Of a DNA stretch of 64,000 nt, positions 38,871 to 48,705 are shown piece by piece (the first letter of the stretch is position 1; every line of letters starts with the position of its first letter). Below the pieces are notes generated by a model, which was given only the letters and a program-made list of their open reading frames with translations, ran no database searches and was not told the origin of the DNA. The position numbers were made by a program, and so were the translations under genes. The stretch comes from an uncultured delta proteobacterium (lineage in GTDB: Bacteria; Desulfobacterota; Binatia; UBA9968). The stretch covers positions 160,001-224,000 of the forward strand of contig CAWFJP010000013.1 in assembly GCA_963816145.1 (NCBI GenBank). The letters are read 5' to 3'.

Positions 38871-40939
38871 ACCTCTCTCTGCCGTCCGACGGTATGGCGC
38901 CCCAAACGACAATCCTTACAAATCCTCCGGCGCTGACCAACAGCACTGCCGCGACGTTCACATTTAGCTCCACCGAGGTAGGTACGTTCGAATGCAAACT
39001 GGACGGCGGAGCCTTTGCACTATGCGGCAGTCCACAGACTTACAATGGTCTGACGGACGGTAACCATAGTTTCCAGGTGCGTGCCAAAGACTTGGCGAAC
39101 AACACCGACCCGACACCGGCAACTTTCAGTTGGACCATCGACATCGTACCGCCGGACACGACGATCACGGCTAATCCACCGGCGACCACGAACAGTACCA
39201 GCGCGACGTTTGAGTTCACGTCCACCGAGGTTGGGAGTACGTTTGCCTGCAACTTGGACAGTGCCGGGTTCACGACTTGCGTGAGTCCGCAGGCCTACAA
39301 TAACTTGGCAAACGGAAACCACACGTTCCAGGTACGTGCGATCGACGGCGCGGGAAATTTCGATACCACACCGGCGAGTTACACTTGGACGATCACGACG
39401 GCGGATATCACTCCGCCTGAAACAACCATCACCGGGAGTCCGGCGGCGGTGACGACCGCGACCGGCGCGAGCTTTACGTTCACGTCGAGCGAACCGGGGA
39501 GCACGTTCCAGTGCCGGTTGGATGCCGTGCCGTTTGCGGCTTGCACGAGTCCGCGAAACTTTACGGGACTGGCGGTTGGATCGCATACCTTCGAGGTGCG
39601 AGCCACGGACGCGGTGAACAATACCGATCCGTCGCCGGCCAGTTTTACCTGGGTGATCGACCGGACGGCACCGAATACGACGATCACGTCCGGGCCACCG
39701 TCGCCGACCAATCAGACCAGCGCGACTTTCACCTTCGAGTCTAACGACGCGGGCAGCACCTTTCAGTGCCGCCTCGATACGCCGACCTGGACGCCGTGTA
39801 CGAGTCCGATCAGTTACAGCGTGTTGGCGGCGGGCGGGCATACGTTCCGCGTGCGCGCCATCGACCCGGCGGGCAACACCGACGGTAGTCCGGCGGTGTT
39901 TAGCTGGACGATCGATCTGACCGCGCCAAACACGACGATCACGAACCCTCGTCCGACGGATCCAAGCAACAGCCCGACGGCGACGTTCACCTTCACGGGG
40001 AGCGTGGCCAATAGCACGTTTGCATGCAGTCTGGATACTGCACCGTTTGCGCCGTGCTCATCGCCGGTGACATACAACGGCTTGGCGGACGGTAGCCACA
40101 GCTTCCAGGTGCAGGCGACGGACCCGGCGGGCAATCCCGATCCGACACCGGCCGTGTTCAACTGGACCGTGGACACCGTCGCGCCGGATACCACGATCAC
40201 GGGCAACCCGCCGGCGTTATCGAACAGCGGTAGCGCGAGCTTCACCTTCAGCGCGAATGACATTGGAGCGACTTTCCAATGCAGCCTAGACGGCGCGGCG
40301 TTTACCAACTGCAATAGCCCGCGCAATTACACGGGACTGGTGGATGGAGTGCACACTTTCCAAGTGCGCGCACGGGACCTTGCGGGCAACGTCGATCCAA
40401 GTCCAGCGAGCTATAGCTGGACGGTGGACCGCACCGACCCGATCGCGACGATTACGTCGGGCCCGCCGACACCGACCAACGTGACGACGGCGACCCTAGC
40501 TTTTACGGCGGACGACCCCGCGGCGACTTTCGAGTGCCGCTTGGACGGAGCCGCCTTCGCGACCTGCACGAGCCCGATCAATCTGTCCGGGTTGTCCAAC
40601 GGCAATCGCAACTTCCGCGTGCGGGCCATCGATGCGGCAGGAAACGTCGGGCCCGTCGCCCTGTACACCTGGACTGTCGATACCACGCCGCCCAACACCA
40701 GCATCACGGGAAATCCGGGGACGGTGACGACCAGTACCACGGCAACGTTCACGTTTGCGGCGAATCAGGCGGGTAGCACCTTTGAGTGCAACGTCGACAA
40801 TGCTGGATTTACGAGCTGTTCGAGTCCGGCGACGTTCAATGGGTTCGCGATCGGTGGCCACAACTTCCAGGTGCGGGCGACCGATCCGGCGGGAAACACC
40901 GACGCCACGCCGGCGATCTTCAACTGGACGATACAATGA
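38381..40939 (+). CDS. giant surface protein, fragment 4: GloVer-type repeats plus about eight Ig-like repeats
   Basis: DGNFYGTT repeats, then repeated P.TTIT..P....F.C.LD....C.SP....L..G.H.F.VRA.D.AGN; ends FNWTIQ. Confidence 0.88.
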   Translation: MDGSGNVTVLHSFSGSGATATGMGPVASLLQGNDGNFYGTTSGGGANAFGTIFRMDGSGNVTVLHSFTGSGSSGTGGGTSAGLIQGSDSNFYGTARLGGANNLGTIFRMEGSGNVTVRHSFIGSGTSGVGWYPRASLIQGSDGNLYGTVQAGGANNYGTIFRVNLSLPSDGMAPQTTILTNPPALTNSTAATFTFSSTEVGTFECKLDGGAFALCGSPQTYNGLTDGNHSFQVRAKDLANNTDPTPATFSWTIDIVPPDTTITANPPATTNSTSATFEFTSTEVGSTFACNLDSAGFTTCVSPQAYNNLANGNHTFQVRAIDGAGNFDTTPASYTWTITTADITPPETTITGSPAAVTTATGASFTFTSSEPGSTFQCRLDAVPFAACTSPRNFTGLAVGSHTFEVRATDAVNNTDPSPASFTWVIDRTAPNTTITSGPPSPTNQTSATFTFESNDAGSTFQCRLDTPTWTPCTSPISYSVLAAGGHTFRVRAIDPAGNTDGSPAVFSWTIDLTAPNTTITNPRPTDPSNSPTATFTFTGSVANSTFACSLDTAPFAPCSSPVTYNGLADGSHSFQVQATDPAGNPDPTPAVFNWTVDTVAPDTTITGNPPALSNSGSASFTFSANDIGATFQCSLDGAAFTNCNSPRNYTGLVDGVHTFQVRARDLAGNVDPSPASYSWTVDRTDPIATITSGPPTPTNVTTATLAFTADDPAATFECRLDGAAFATCTSPINLSGLSNGNRNFRVRAIDAAGNVGPVALYTWTVDTTPPNTSITGNPGTVTTSTTATFTFAANQAGSTFECNVDNAGFTSCSSPATFNGFAIGGHNFQVRATDPAGNTDATPAIFNWTIQ

Positions 40940-41047
40940 GGAGGATTCGTTAAACCTCTCAAGGAAGGCAAAGCCGAGAGGGTGGTTTTTGCCTCGAGAC
41001 CGGCGGAGGAGTCACCGAAACTTGCAATACGATTGAGCAGAAGAGTG

Positions 41048-41086
41048 CGAAAGGCCGGCGGCGATTAAGTCTCTGCCGGCCTTTCG
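41048..41086 (+). terminator. GC-rich hairpin after the giant gene, possible terminator
   Basis: CGAAAGGCCGGC..GCCGGCCTTTCG 12-bp stem; no immediate T-run. Confidence 0.45.
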
Positions 41087-41138
41087 ATTATTGGGGGCTT
41101 TTTTGAGTCATATGATTGTGTTAGGGAGGGAATAATCC

Positions 41139-41834
41139 ATGGCTGCAGACGAACAAGAGATCGCAGAGATTTTGCGCCGACTATCGAACCGGTCACAGAC
41201 GACGACTGATCGGCAGGATTGTCCCGATGAGGAATCCCTGGCGCTGTTCCTGGCGGGAAATTTGCCGGAAAGTCGGCGTAGCGAGGTGGAGGCCCATCTG
41301 GCGCGCTGTGCATTTTGTCTCGATGACGTGGTCGCCGCATACCAGTCCGGCGAGCTGACTGCCGGCGAAAATGTGCCGCGTCGACTCATGGCCCGGGCGA
41401 TGGCGCTGATTCCGGGAAGGGAAGCTATTCTCGATCTCGCGGTGCGCTTGGTCAAAGATTCCATCGAGCTTGTGAGCACGTCGGCCCGGCTCGTAACGGC
41501 GCCGAGCCCCGTAGTTCGAGGTGAACCTGCGCCGGAGGTTGGGAACTCGCTTCAAGTCGAGCAGGCAGTCGGCCGGTTCAGGGTCGCCGTCGAGCTCGAC
41601 TTGAGCGACGCGGGCCTGTGCCAAGTCATCGCCAACGTTACCGAGGAGTCGGGAACGCCCGCCGAGGGGGTGCGTCTGAGCTTGAGTTCGGGGGAGCGCG
41701 AACAGGCTTCCTTTTTGACCCGCGCTGGTGTAGTGGTCTTTGACCGGATATCGCCCGGTGAATATAGCATCGCTGTTTCCGAGTCCGGCAGCGTCGTAGG
41801 AAGGATCAGATTGAACTTGATGTTGGAAAGATAA
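41139..41834 (+). CDS. zf-HC2 (ZAS) anti-sigma factor, soluble, with a C-terminal beta-sandwich domain
   Basis: CPDEESLALF..G.L..VEAHLARCAFC (HxxxCxxC); GGGAGG RBS; no TM helix. Confidence 0.85.
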   Translation: MAADEQEIAEILRRLSNRSQTTTDRQDCPDEESLALFLAGNLPESRRSEVEAHLARCAFCLDDVVAAYQSGELTAGENVPRRLMARAMALIPGREAILDLAVRLVKDSIELVSTSARLVTAPSPVVRGEPAPEVGNSLQVEQAVGRFRVAVELDLSDAGLCQVIANVTEESGTPAEGVRLSLSSGEREQASFLTRAGVVVFDRISPGEYSIAVSESGSVVGRIRLNLMLER

Positions 41835-41879
41835 ACACGCAAATCGGCTTCCCGTATCTCTTGCTAAGTCACTGGCATT

Positions 41880-43739
41880 ATGATGGACGAAGCGCTCACT
41901 CTCGATTGCGCCCGCGAGCAGCAGAGACTGAAGGTCAGCTGCTCGGACGGCCCTGAAAAGGCCCTCCGCCCCTATGAAATACATGAGGTGGATTGGCAAC
42001 AGGCCGAGCGCAGTTGCCGGGAAATCCTGAACCTCCTTCAGCGCGCCAACGGCAGCGCTAAAATCAACGCCGAGATCGTCAATAACCTCAAGAAATCCGG
42101 CCACCTCCTTTTCGATCTGCTCGTCCCGCCGCAAGCCAAGGTGAAACTCGCCGACGCCAGCGCGACGGTTCTCACGCTCCGTTTGGACGACAGCTTGGTT
42201 CACCTACCCTGGGAATTGCTCCACGACGGGCGGGAGTTTTTTTGCCGGCGCTTCGCGATGGGCCGGATCGCCAGCACCCGCCAGACACCGACCGCGCGGG
42301 CGGTGCGAGCGCCGCGAGCGCCCTTCAAAGTCCTGATCATCGCCGATCCCCGCGGCGATCTCGAAGCTTGTTATCGCGAAGGAATGGCCATCAAGGCTTT
42401 TCTCGATTGCAAACGCGATATTTTTCACGTCGACTTCAAAAGCTGTCCAGCCGACATCGCCTTCGTGAAAAAAAATCTGCGCGACTACGACCTCGTTCAC
42501 TATGCCGGGCATGCGACCTATGACGCGCTGGACCCCTCGGAAGGCGGTTGGCTCTTGAGCGACGGCACCCTCAAGGCCGGCGACATCGCCGCGATGGGCG
42601 GGCACCAGCCCATGCCCGCCTTGGTGTTCTCGAACGCCTGCCAGAGCGGGCAGACGGACGGTTGGATGGTTGGCGATCAAGAGCAACGGGTATTTGGCCT
42701 CGCCAATGCCTTTCTGCTCGCCGGCGTGCAACATTACATCGGCACCTTCTGGGAAACCGTCGACGAGCCCAGCGCTCATTTTGCCAGGCGATTCTACTCC
42801 GCGATTGCGGGCGGAAAGAGCATCGGCTCATCCCTCCGTGACGCCCGACAAGCGCCCCTCGGCAGCGGTGAAACTGAAAGCCTCGCCTGGGCCAACTACA
42901 TGTTATACGGCGATCCGGTTCGCAGGTTTGATGCCGGTGACGAGACTTCGGAAGGGACGTTCCCGGAGCGAAATTTCGGACCGTGGACGCTGGCCGCAAA
43001 GGCGCGGCGCGCGCCGTTGTTTCCAACGGCAATAGGCGCGTTGCTGCTTACCGGAGTCTACCTGGCGTATTCCGAGTACTATTCGCCACCATCGGCCGCG
43101 ATCTCGAACCTCGCGGCACGATCCGATGGGCAATCGGCGATGAACGCGTCGATGGTCGATCCGGCTCCAGCAGCCGCGCCGCTCAGTCTCAACGTCAACA
43201 TCATCGGTCAAAGAAAAGAACCCGATGGCAGCTACACCGAAGTGATCGTGCGGGAAGGCAGCGTGCTTCAATCCCGTGATCATTTCCAGGTGCACGTGGA
43301 GACCAATAAATCCTCGCATGTGTACGTGCTGCTGTTCGACAGTCAAGGCCAGGCGACACAGCTCTTTCCCGATCCCAAGATCGATCATTCGGGTTTTCTC
43401 GACGGTCGACGGAAGATCGCCGTTCCGGACAAGGAATTGTGGTTTTGGCTGGATGAGAATCCCGGCACAGAGACGGTCTATGTGCTCGCTTCCGAAGAGC
43501 CGATGTCGGATATCCGCGGGCTGCTGAGCAAAATGGACAAGGCGGGCAACGCCGAACGCAAGCGTCTCTCGGGTCAGATCAGACAGCAGATCCAGATCGT
43601 CGAACGCGGAGTCGGCGGAGTCGCTAAGGGGAAAACCGTGAGCTATCCGCTGAGCGACGGCAAGCTCGTGCAAAAAGTAACCGACGTGGTCGCCGGTTCG
43701 GGCGCCGTGGTGCGAGCGATTAGTTTCGAGCATAGATAA
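41880..43739 (+). CDS. CHAT-domain protease with a TM helix and C-terminal DUF4384-like domain
   Basis: LPWELL, VLIIADP, HYAGH (His), NACQSG (Cys), WANYMLYGDP; TM AIGALLLTGVYLAY; HVYVLLFDSQG..QLFP..LDENPGTETVYVLAS. Confidence 0.9.
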   Translation: MMDEALTLDCAREQQRLKVSCSDGPEKALRPYEIHEVDWQQAERSCREILNLLQRANGSAKINAEIVNNLKKSGHLLFDLLVPPQAKVKLADASATVLTLRLDDSLVHLPWELLHDGREFFCRRFAMGRIASTRQTPTARAVRAPRAPFKVLIIADPRGDLEACYREGMAIKAFLDCKRDIFHVDFKSCPADIAFVKKNLRDYDLVHYAGHATYDALDPSEGGWLLSDGTLKAGDIAAMGGHQPMPALVFSNACQSGQTDGWMVGDQEQRVFGLANAFLLAGVQHYIGTFWETVDEPSAHFARRFYSAIAGGKSIGSSLRDARQAPLGSGETESLAWANYMLYGDPVRRFDAGDETSEGTFPERNFGPWTLAAKARRAPLFPTAIGALLLTGVYLAYSEYYSPPSAAISNLAARSDGQSAMNASMVDPAPAAAPLSLNVNIIGQRKEPDGSYTEVIVREGSVLQSRDHFQVHVETNKSSHVYVLLFDSQGQATQLFPDPKIDHSGFLDGRRKIAVPDKELWFWLDENPGTETVYVLASEEPMSDIRGLLSKMDKAGNAERKRLSGQIRQQIQIVERGVGGVAKGKTVSYPLSDGKLVQKVTDVVAGSGAVVRAISFEHR

Positions 43740-43769
43740 AGTTCGGCACATCCTTACCTCCGATTGAAA

Positions 43770-46244
43770 ATGAAACTCTTGTTGGCTTGCGCCATTTGGC
43801 TCTTAATCTTTCAGCCGCGAGCCGCCGATGCGCAGCCTCTTAACCCCAGCGGATGGAGTCAAGCCGATGTTTTGCGGGCAGTCGCCCGGGGCGAAGGAGC
43901 TAAGGTCCTAGCGCTTTATGAAACCCAAGCGGTCCAATTCGAGAACTCGGCCGAAGCTAGCGAGTCCCCTGGAAAGTATTGGAGATCAGCAGCCAACGCT
44001 TATCGACTCGCATCGCTTACCGCGAGATATCTTGGCAAGTTTGAAAAGGGAATTATTTATGCGGAGAAAATGCTTGCGCTGACTGAGAAGCCTGAGATCA
44101 CTCGTTTGAAATCGCTTGCCATCAACACCTTGTTGACGGCTCATCAAAGCACCAATAATTTTGCAAAGGCTTCGGAACTTCTTGAATTTGGATTCAGGGT
44201 TGCGAAGGAAATGCCCCCCGACTCACTAGATCGAATTTGGTGGGAGAGTAGCCTGTATCATATCCAAGGAACCCTCTTCAGACGACAAGGGAACTACGAG
44301 AGCGCGGCTGTCGCCTATCGCTATGCGATCAAGTCGAGAGAAGAGTATCTAACAAAGTTTACTGGCGATGGCCCACAAGCGAGAGACCGTGTGGAAGTTG
44401 CCCGGACCCTCATGCTGAACAGTTATTTTGGTCTTGGGGGTGCCTATATCGCCACGGGGAAGCCGGAACTTGCGTTAGAGAGCTACCAGCGCGGCCTAGC
44501 GGCTGCGGAGGAATGGGCGTTGGACTACCCTAAGGTCAACTTACTCATTGGTGTGGGTAAGGTGCTTTTCGATCGACACGACTTTGCCGGCGCATTGGAT
44601 AGTTTGCATAAAGCTCTCGACTTGGCCCGCCTTCAGCAAACGCCGGAACGCGTCAGTAACGCGGCGCGAGGTATCGGCGATGTTTTGCGAGAGACTGGTA
44701 AGCCGACGGAGGCCGTGAGTTTCTACCGGGAAGCGATCGAGCAAGTTGAATCGGTTCGCGCATTGATGGCGTCCCAGAGTAACCGGCAGTCCTACTTCGG
44801 TGGCTCGCTTCAAGCCTATTGGGGGATGATTGCGTCACAGTGGGAAACCGGGGCACATGCTCGGGCGTTTGACTACGGCGAGAGAGCGCGTTCGCGGAGC
44901 TTTCTAGATCTGCTCGGTTCGAAAGTGCGGCTGGTCAATAGGAAAAGCGGCTTAAGCGAGGAAGAGGTTGCTTTAGCCGAAATTAGGATTATAGGCCCGA
45001 TAAATTTATCGGCTGAGGCGACGAGGGAGTATCCATCTCCAAGCGAGGATGGGGGCAATCTTGAGGAACGCTATCGGGTGATTCTGGACAAGATACGTAC
45101 GACAAATTCCGAGCAGGCGACTTTGATGTCGGTGGAGCCACTCAAGTTGAACGAGGTGCAGAGGTTCCTCGATCCTGAGCAAACTCTGATCGAGTATCTG
45201 GTGACGCCCCAGAAGACTTATCTGTGGGTAGTGGATAGACAGCATGTTCGTGCGCATGAAATTCCGATATCTCGCAACGAGCTTGTCACTAAAGTCCAAG
45301 TTTTGAGGACCGCGATTTCTGATCTCAGGCCGTTGAAAGAATACCAAGCCATATCTCGCGGCTTTTACGATCTTTTCGTCGCACCGGTAAAGCCGTTCAT
45401 CCGAGGCAAAGAAATTATAATCGTTCCTCATGATGTGCTGCACTATGTGCCGTTCCAGGCGTTGTTTTCCTCCGACGGCAAGTACCTCATTGAAGATCAT
45501 CCTGTGACCTATGTTTCCAGTGCCAGCCTGATTCAATTTACCAAAGCGAAAAGAAAGCCCGTCGGACAGAAAGTATTAGCTTTCGGAAATCCCAGCTTTG
45601 ATTCTGCGAAGGTCAATCTTCCGATGTCTGAGTTGGAAACCGATGCAATCCGCCGTCTCTATCCTCAATCGGTCGCATTTGTGAAAGGAGAAGCCAGCGA
45701 AGAAAAGGTCAAAGCGTTATCTCAAGATTATGAGGTTATCCACTTTGCGGCTCACGCCGAACTGAGTAAGGAAGATCCATTATCGTCCGCCGTTCTGTTA
45801 GCCAGAGGCGGCAAGGAAGATGGACGACTCGAAGTAAGGGAGATCTTCGGTATGGATCTCAAAGCCAGTTTGGTAGTTCTGAGCGGCTGTGAGACCGGAT
45901 TGGGTGAGCTATCCAGCGGCGACGAATTGGTCGGACTGACCCGGGCGTTCATTTACGCGGGCACGCCGTCGGTGGTGGCGAGTCTATGGAAAGTCGACGA
46001 TGCCTCGACGGCGCATTTGATGAGCGGCTTTTATCGGAACTTAAAAACCAAGTCCAAAGTTGAGTCGTTAAGGCAGGCACAGTTGGACATGATCCGCGGC
46101 AGGGTGAACACGCAGTTGCTGGCCCAGCGCGGAGTGGGCGGGGTAACGAAGCTCGGGACTCCGGCTGTGCGGACATCGACTACGATTCTCGCTGCACACC
46201 CATACTTTTGGGCGCCGTTCATTCTGGTGGGCGATGGGAAGTAA
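43770..46244 (+). CDS. exported TPR-CHAT (caspase-like) protease 1
   Basis: Signal peptide ending ADA-Q, TPR-like helices, ERARSRSFLDLL, HFAAH, LSGCETG, SLWKVDD, HPYFWAPF; alternative TTG start at 43764. Confidence 0.92.
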   Translation: MKLLLACAIWLLIFQPRAADAQPLNPSGWSQADVLRAVARGEGAKVLALYETQAVQFENSAEASESPGKYWRSAANAYRLASLTARYLGKFEKGIIYAEKMLALTEKPEITRLKSLAINTLLTAHQSTNNFAKASELLEFGFRVAKEMPPDSLDRIWWESSLYHIQGTLFRRQGNYESAAVAYRYAIKSREEYLTKFTGDGPQARDRVEVARTLMLNSYFGLGGAYIATGKPELALESYQRGLAAAEEWALDYPKVNLLIGVGKVLFDRHDFAGALDSLHKALDLARLQQTPERVSNAARGIGDVLRETGKPTEAVSFYREAIEQVESVRALMASQSNRQSYFGGSLQAYWGMIASQWETGAHARAFDYGERARSRSFLDLLGSKVRLVNRKSGLSEEEVALAEIRIIGPINLSAEATREYPSPSEDGGNLEERYRVILDKIRTTNSEQATLMSVEPLKLNEVQRFLDPEQTLIEYLVTPQKTYLWVVDRQHVRAHEIPISRNELVTKVQVLRTAISDLRPLKEYQAISRGFYDLFVAPVKPFIRGKEIIIVPHDVLHYVPFQALFSSDGKYLIEDHPVTYVSSASLIQFTKAKRKPVGQKVLAFGNPSFDSAKVNLPMSELETDAIRRLYPQSVAFVKGEASEEKVKALSQDYEVIHFAAHAELSKEDPLSSAVLLARGGKEDGRLEVREIFGMDLKASLVVLSGCETGLGELSSGDELVGLTRAFIYAGTPSVVASLWKVDDASTAHLMSGFYRNLKTKSKVESLRQAQLDMIRGRVNTQLLAQRGVGGVTKLGTPAVRTSTTILAAHPYFWAPFILVGDGK

Positions 46245-48672
46245 ATTATCTGCAACCGCAGCTTTATTATTTTTATTTCTAATAGCAATACCGGCGAATT
46301 GTCAGCAAACTGAGTTCGACACAAGCTTGATTGGCGTTTACCGAGCTGTGTCCCAGGGCGAAAGCAAGAAGGCGTTAATATATTACGAGACACAAGCTAG
46401 CCGGTACGAGGTTCTCGGAAAATCGAGCGAATCCCCCGAGGGTTACCGGCGCGCGGCGGCGCAAGCCTATCGAGAGGCGTCGAACGCGGCGCGGCATCTT
46501 GGCGATCTTCAAAAAGCCATTGACTACGGAGCGCGGGCGCTAAAGCTCGCCGAAGGGATCGATAATGCTAACCTGAAATTGGCGGCCATTAGCAGTTTGG
46601 AGCAAGCTCATCGAAGCACTAGAGATTTTGCCAAGGCAGCAGAATTCATAAGCTACGGATTAGAGCTCGCACGACAGTTCCCCGACAATTCGCTCAATCG
46701 GCTTTGGTGGGATGGGGTATTTTTCGTCAAAAGAGCTCAAGAACATAATCGGCAAAGAAGATACCAGAAGGCGATCGAGGACTTTCAAGACGCCATCACC
46801 TTCAAGCAAGACTATCTGAGCAGAGTCGCCGAACGGGTTAAGAATATAGATGACCGCCGAGAACACGCGCAAATCTCTTTAACACTCGCCTATCGAGCAC
46901 TCGGAGACGCATATAGCTCGATGGGAAATCCGGATCGAGCGCTGGCGAGTTATCAAATCGGCATCGAAGCGGCCGAGAAATGGGCATTGGAACTTCCCCA
47001 GACCGGATTGTATCTCGGCGTGGGTAATATTCTCCACGGCCGTATGGAATACGCCGCGGCACTGGACAGCTTCCACAACGCTCTGCGCTTCGCGCAGCAG
47101 CAGCGCTGGCCGGCGCTCATTAGCATTGCCGCACGGCGCATCGGTGACATTTTGCGGGAGATGGGCCGAGGGACCGAGGCTGTAGCTTTCTACCGAGAAG
47201 CCGTCGCGCAAATCGAGTCAATGCGCTCGTTGCTTGCGTCCGAGCAAAACCGACAGTCCTATTTTGGTGGCTGGCTCGGCGCTTATCAGGGCATGATCGG
47301 AGCGTTATGGAATACGGGGGACTACGGCCAGGCATTTGACTACAGCGAGAGGATTCGTTCGCGGACCTTCTTGGATATTTTAGGATCGAAGCCACGATTC
47401 TCCGGCGTGGCAACTTCTTCGACGGAGGAATCCTTTAGCGTGGCTGACGCCGTATTTTTTGACGGTCGCCAGGAAGTTGCGGGAGGACTGTCTCAAACCG
47501 TAGCCCGCAAGATTCGCAAAACCGACACCGAGCAGGCGTCATTGTTATCCGAGACGCCTCTTACTCTGCAACAGGTGCAAACATTGTTGGAGCCCGGGCA
47601 GGCGCTGCTCGAATATCTGGTGACGCCCGAAAAGATTTACCTATGGGTAGTCGATAAGCAGCAAGTTCGCGCGCACGAAGTACGGTTAACTCGGAAGGAG
47701 ATTGTCGTTAAAGTTCAAGCCTTGCGAACGGCGATCTCTGATCTCAGGCAGTTAGAAGAATTCCAAGCGATTGCTCGCGATCTACACGATACTTTAGTTG
47801 CACCGATAAGGCCGCTCATACGGGGTAAAGAAATTATCATCGTGCCGCACGACGTGCTGCACTATATGCCGTTTCAAGCGTTGTATTCGCCGCAGGGGAA
47901 ATATTTGGTCGAAGATCATTCTATCTCGTATCTTTCCAGCGCCAGCCTGCTTCGATTCACCAAAGCCAAAAGAAGGCCCGTTGGCGAGAAAGTATTAGCT
48001 TTCGGTAATCCGAGCTTTGATGTTGCGAAGGTTAGTCTTCCGATGTCGGAACTGGAAACAGATGAGATTGGCCGACTCTTTTCCCGGGCTACCGTGCTGG
48101 TGAAATCAGAAGCCACCGAAGAAAAGGTGAAAGCGTTATCTCAAAATTATGACGTTCTTCACTTCGCCACCCACGCCGAGCTAAGCAAAGCAAACCCACT
48201 GTCATCCGCCGTTTTCTTCGCGAAGACTACCAACGAAGATGGACGGCTCGAAGTCAGGGAAATATTCGGCATGGATCTCAAAGCAAGTCTGGTGGTTTTG
48301 AGCGGGTGTGAGACCGGTTTGGGCGAGCTGTCCAGCGGAGACGAATTGGTCGGGCTAACCAGGGCATTCATTTACGCGGGCACACCGTCTGTCGTTGCCA
48401 GCCTTTGGAAAGTGGACGACGCGTCGACGGCACATTTGATGGGCAGTTTTTACCGGAATCTAAAAACCAAGACTAAAGTCGAATCGTTGCGCCAAGCACA
48501 GTTGGCAATGATCCGCGGCAAGGTGAACACGAACCTGCTCGCCCAGCGCGGCGTCGGCGGCGTTGGCAAACTCGGACAGGCACCGGCTCGCGCTTCTCTA
48601 TCTCAAAACTCTATCTCAACTTCTCACCCCTACTTCTGGGCGCCGTTTATCTTGGTCGGGGACGGGAAGTGA
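46234..48672 (+). CDS. exported TPR-CHAT (caspase-like) protease 2
   Basis: Hydrophobic N-terminal signal, TPR-like helices, HFATH, LSGCETG, HPYFWAPF; overlaps the upstream gene by 11 nt. Confidence 0.92.
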   Translation: MGSKLSATAALLFLFLIAIPANCQQTEFDTSLIGVYRAVSQGESKKALIYYETQASRYEVLGKSSESPEGYRRAAAQAYREASNAARHLGDLQKAIDYGARALKLAEGIDNANLKLAAISSLEQAHRSTRDFAKAAEFISYGLELARQFPDNSLNRLWWDGVFFVKRAQEHNRQRRYQKAIEDFQDAITFKQDYLSRVAERVKNIDDRREHAQISLTLAYRALGDAYSSMGNPDRALASYQIGIEAAEKWALELPQTGLYLGVGNILHGRMEYAAALDSFHNALRFAQQQRWPALISIAARRIGDILREMGRGTEAVAFYREAVAQIESMRSLLASEQNRQSYFGGWLGAYQGMIGALWNTGDYGQAFDYSERIRSRTFLDILGSKPRFSGVATSSTEESFSVADAVFFDGRQEVAGGLSQTVARKIRKTDTEQASLLSETPLTLQQVQTLLEPGQALLEYLVTPEKIYLWVVDKQQVRAHEVRLTRKEIVVKVQALRTAISDLRQLEEFQAIARDLHDTLVAPIRPLIRGKEIIIVPHDVLHYMPFQALYSPQGKYLVEDHSISYLSSASLLRFTKAKRRPVGEKVLAFGNPSFDVAKVSLPMSELETDEIGRLFSRATVLVKSEATEEKVKALSQNYDVLHFATHAELSKANPLSSAVFFAKTTNEDGRLEVREIFGMDLKASLVVLSGCETGLGELSSGDELVGLTRAFIYAGTPSVVASLWKVDDASTAHLMGSFYRNLKTKTKVESLRQAQLAMIRGKVNTNLLAQRGVGGVGKLGQAPARASLSQNSISTSHPYFWAPFILVGDGK

Positions 48673-48677
48673 GGATA

Positions 48678-48705
48678 GGCAAGAGGCATGAGGCAATAGG
48701 CAACA
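48678..48705. repeat. heptamer tandem repeat
   Basis: GGCAAGA GGCATGA GGCAATA GGCAACA directly after the TPR-CHAT 2 stop. Confidence 0.6.

Noticed and set aside
40945-41040. GGCAAAGCC-containing stretch as a c-di-GMP riboswitch
   Set aside because: Lacks the GGCAAAC-stem-GAAA tetraloop P2 architecture.
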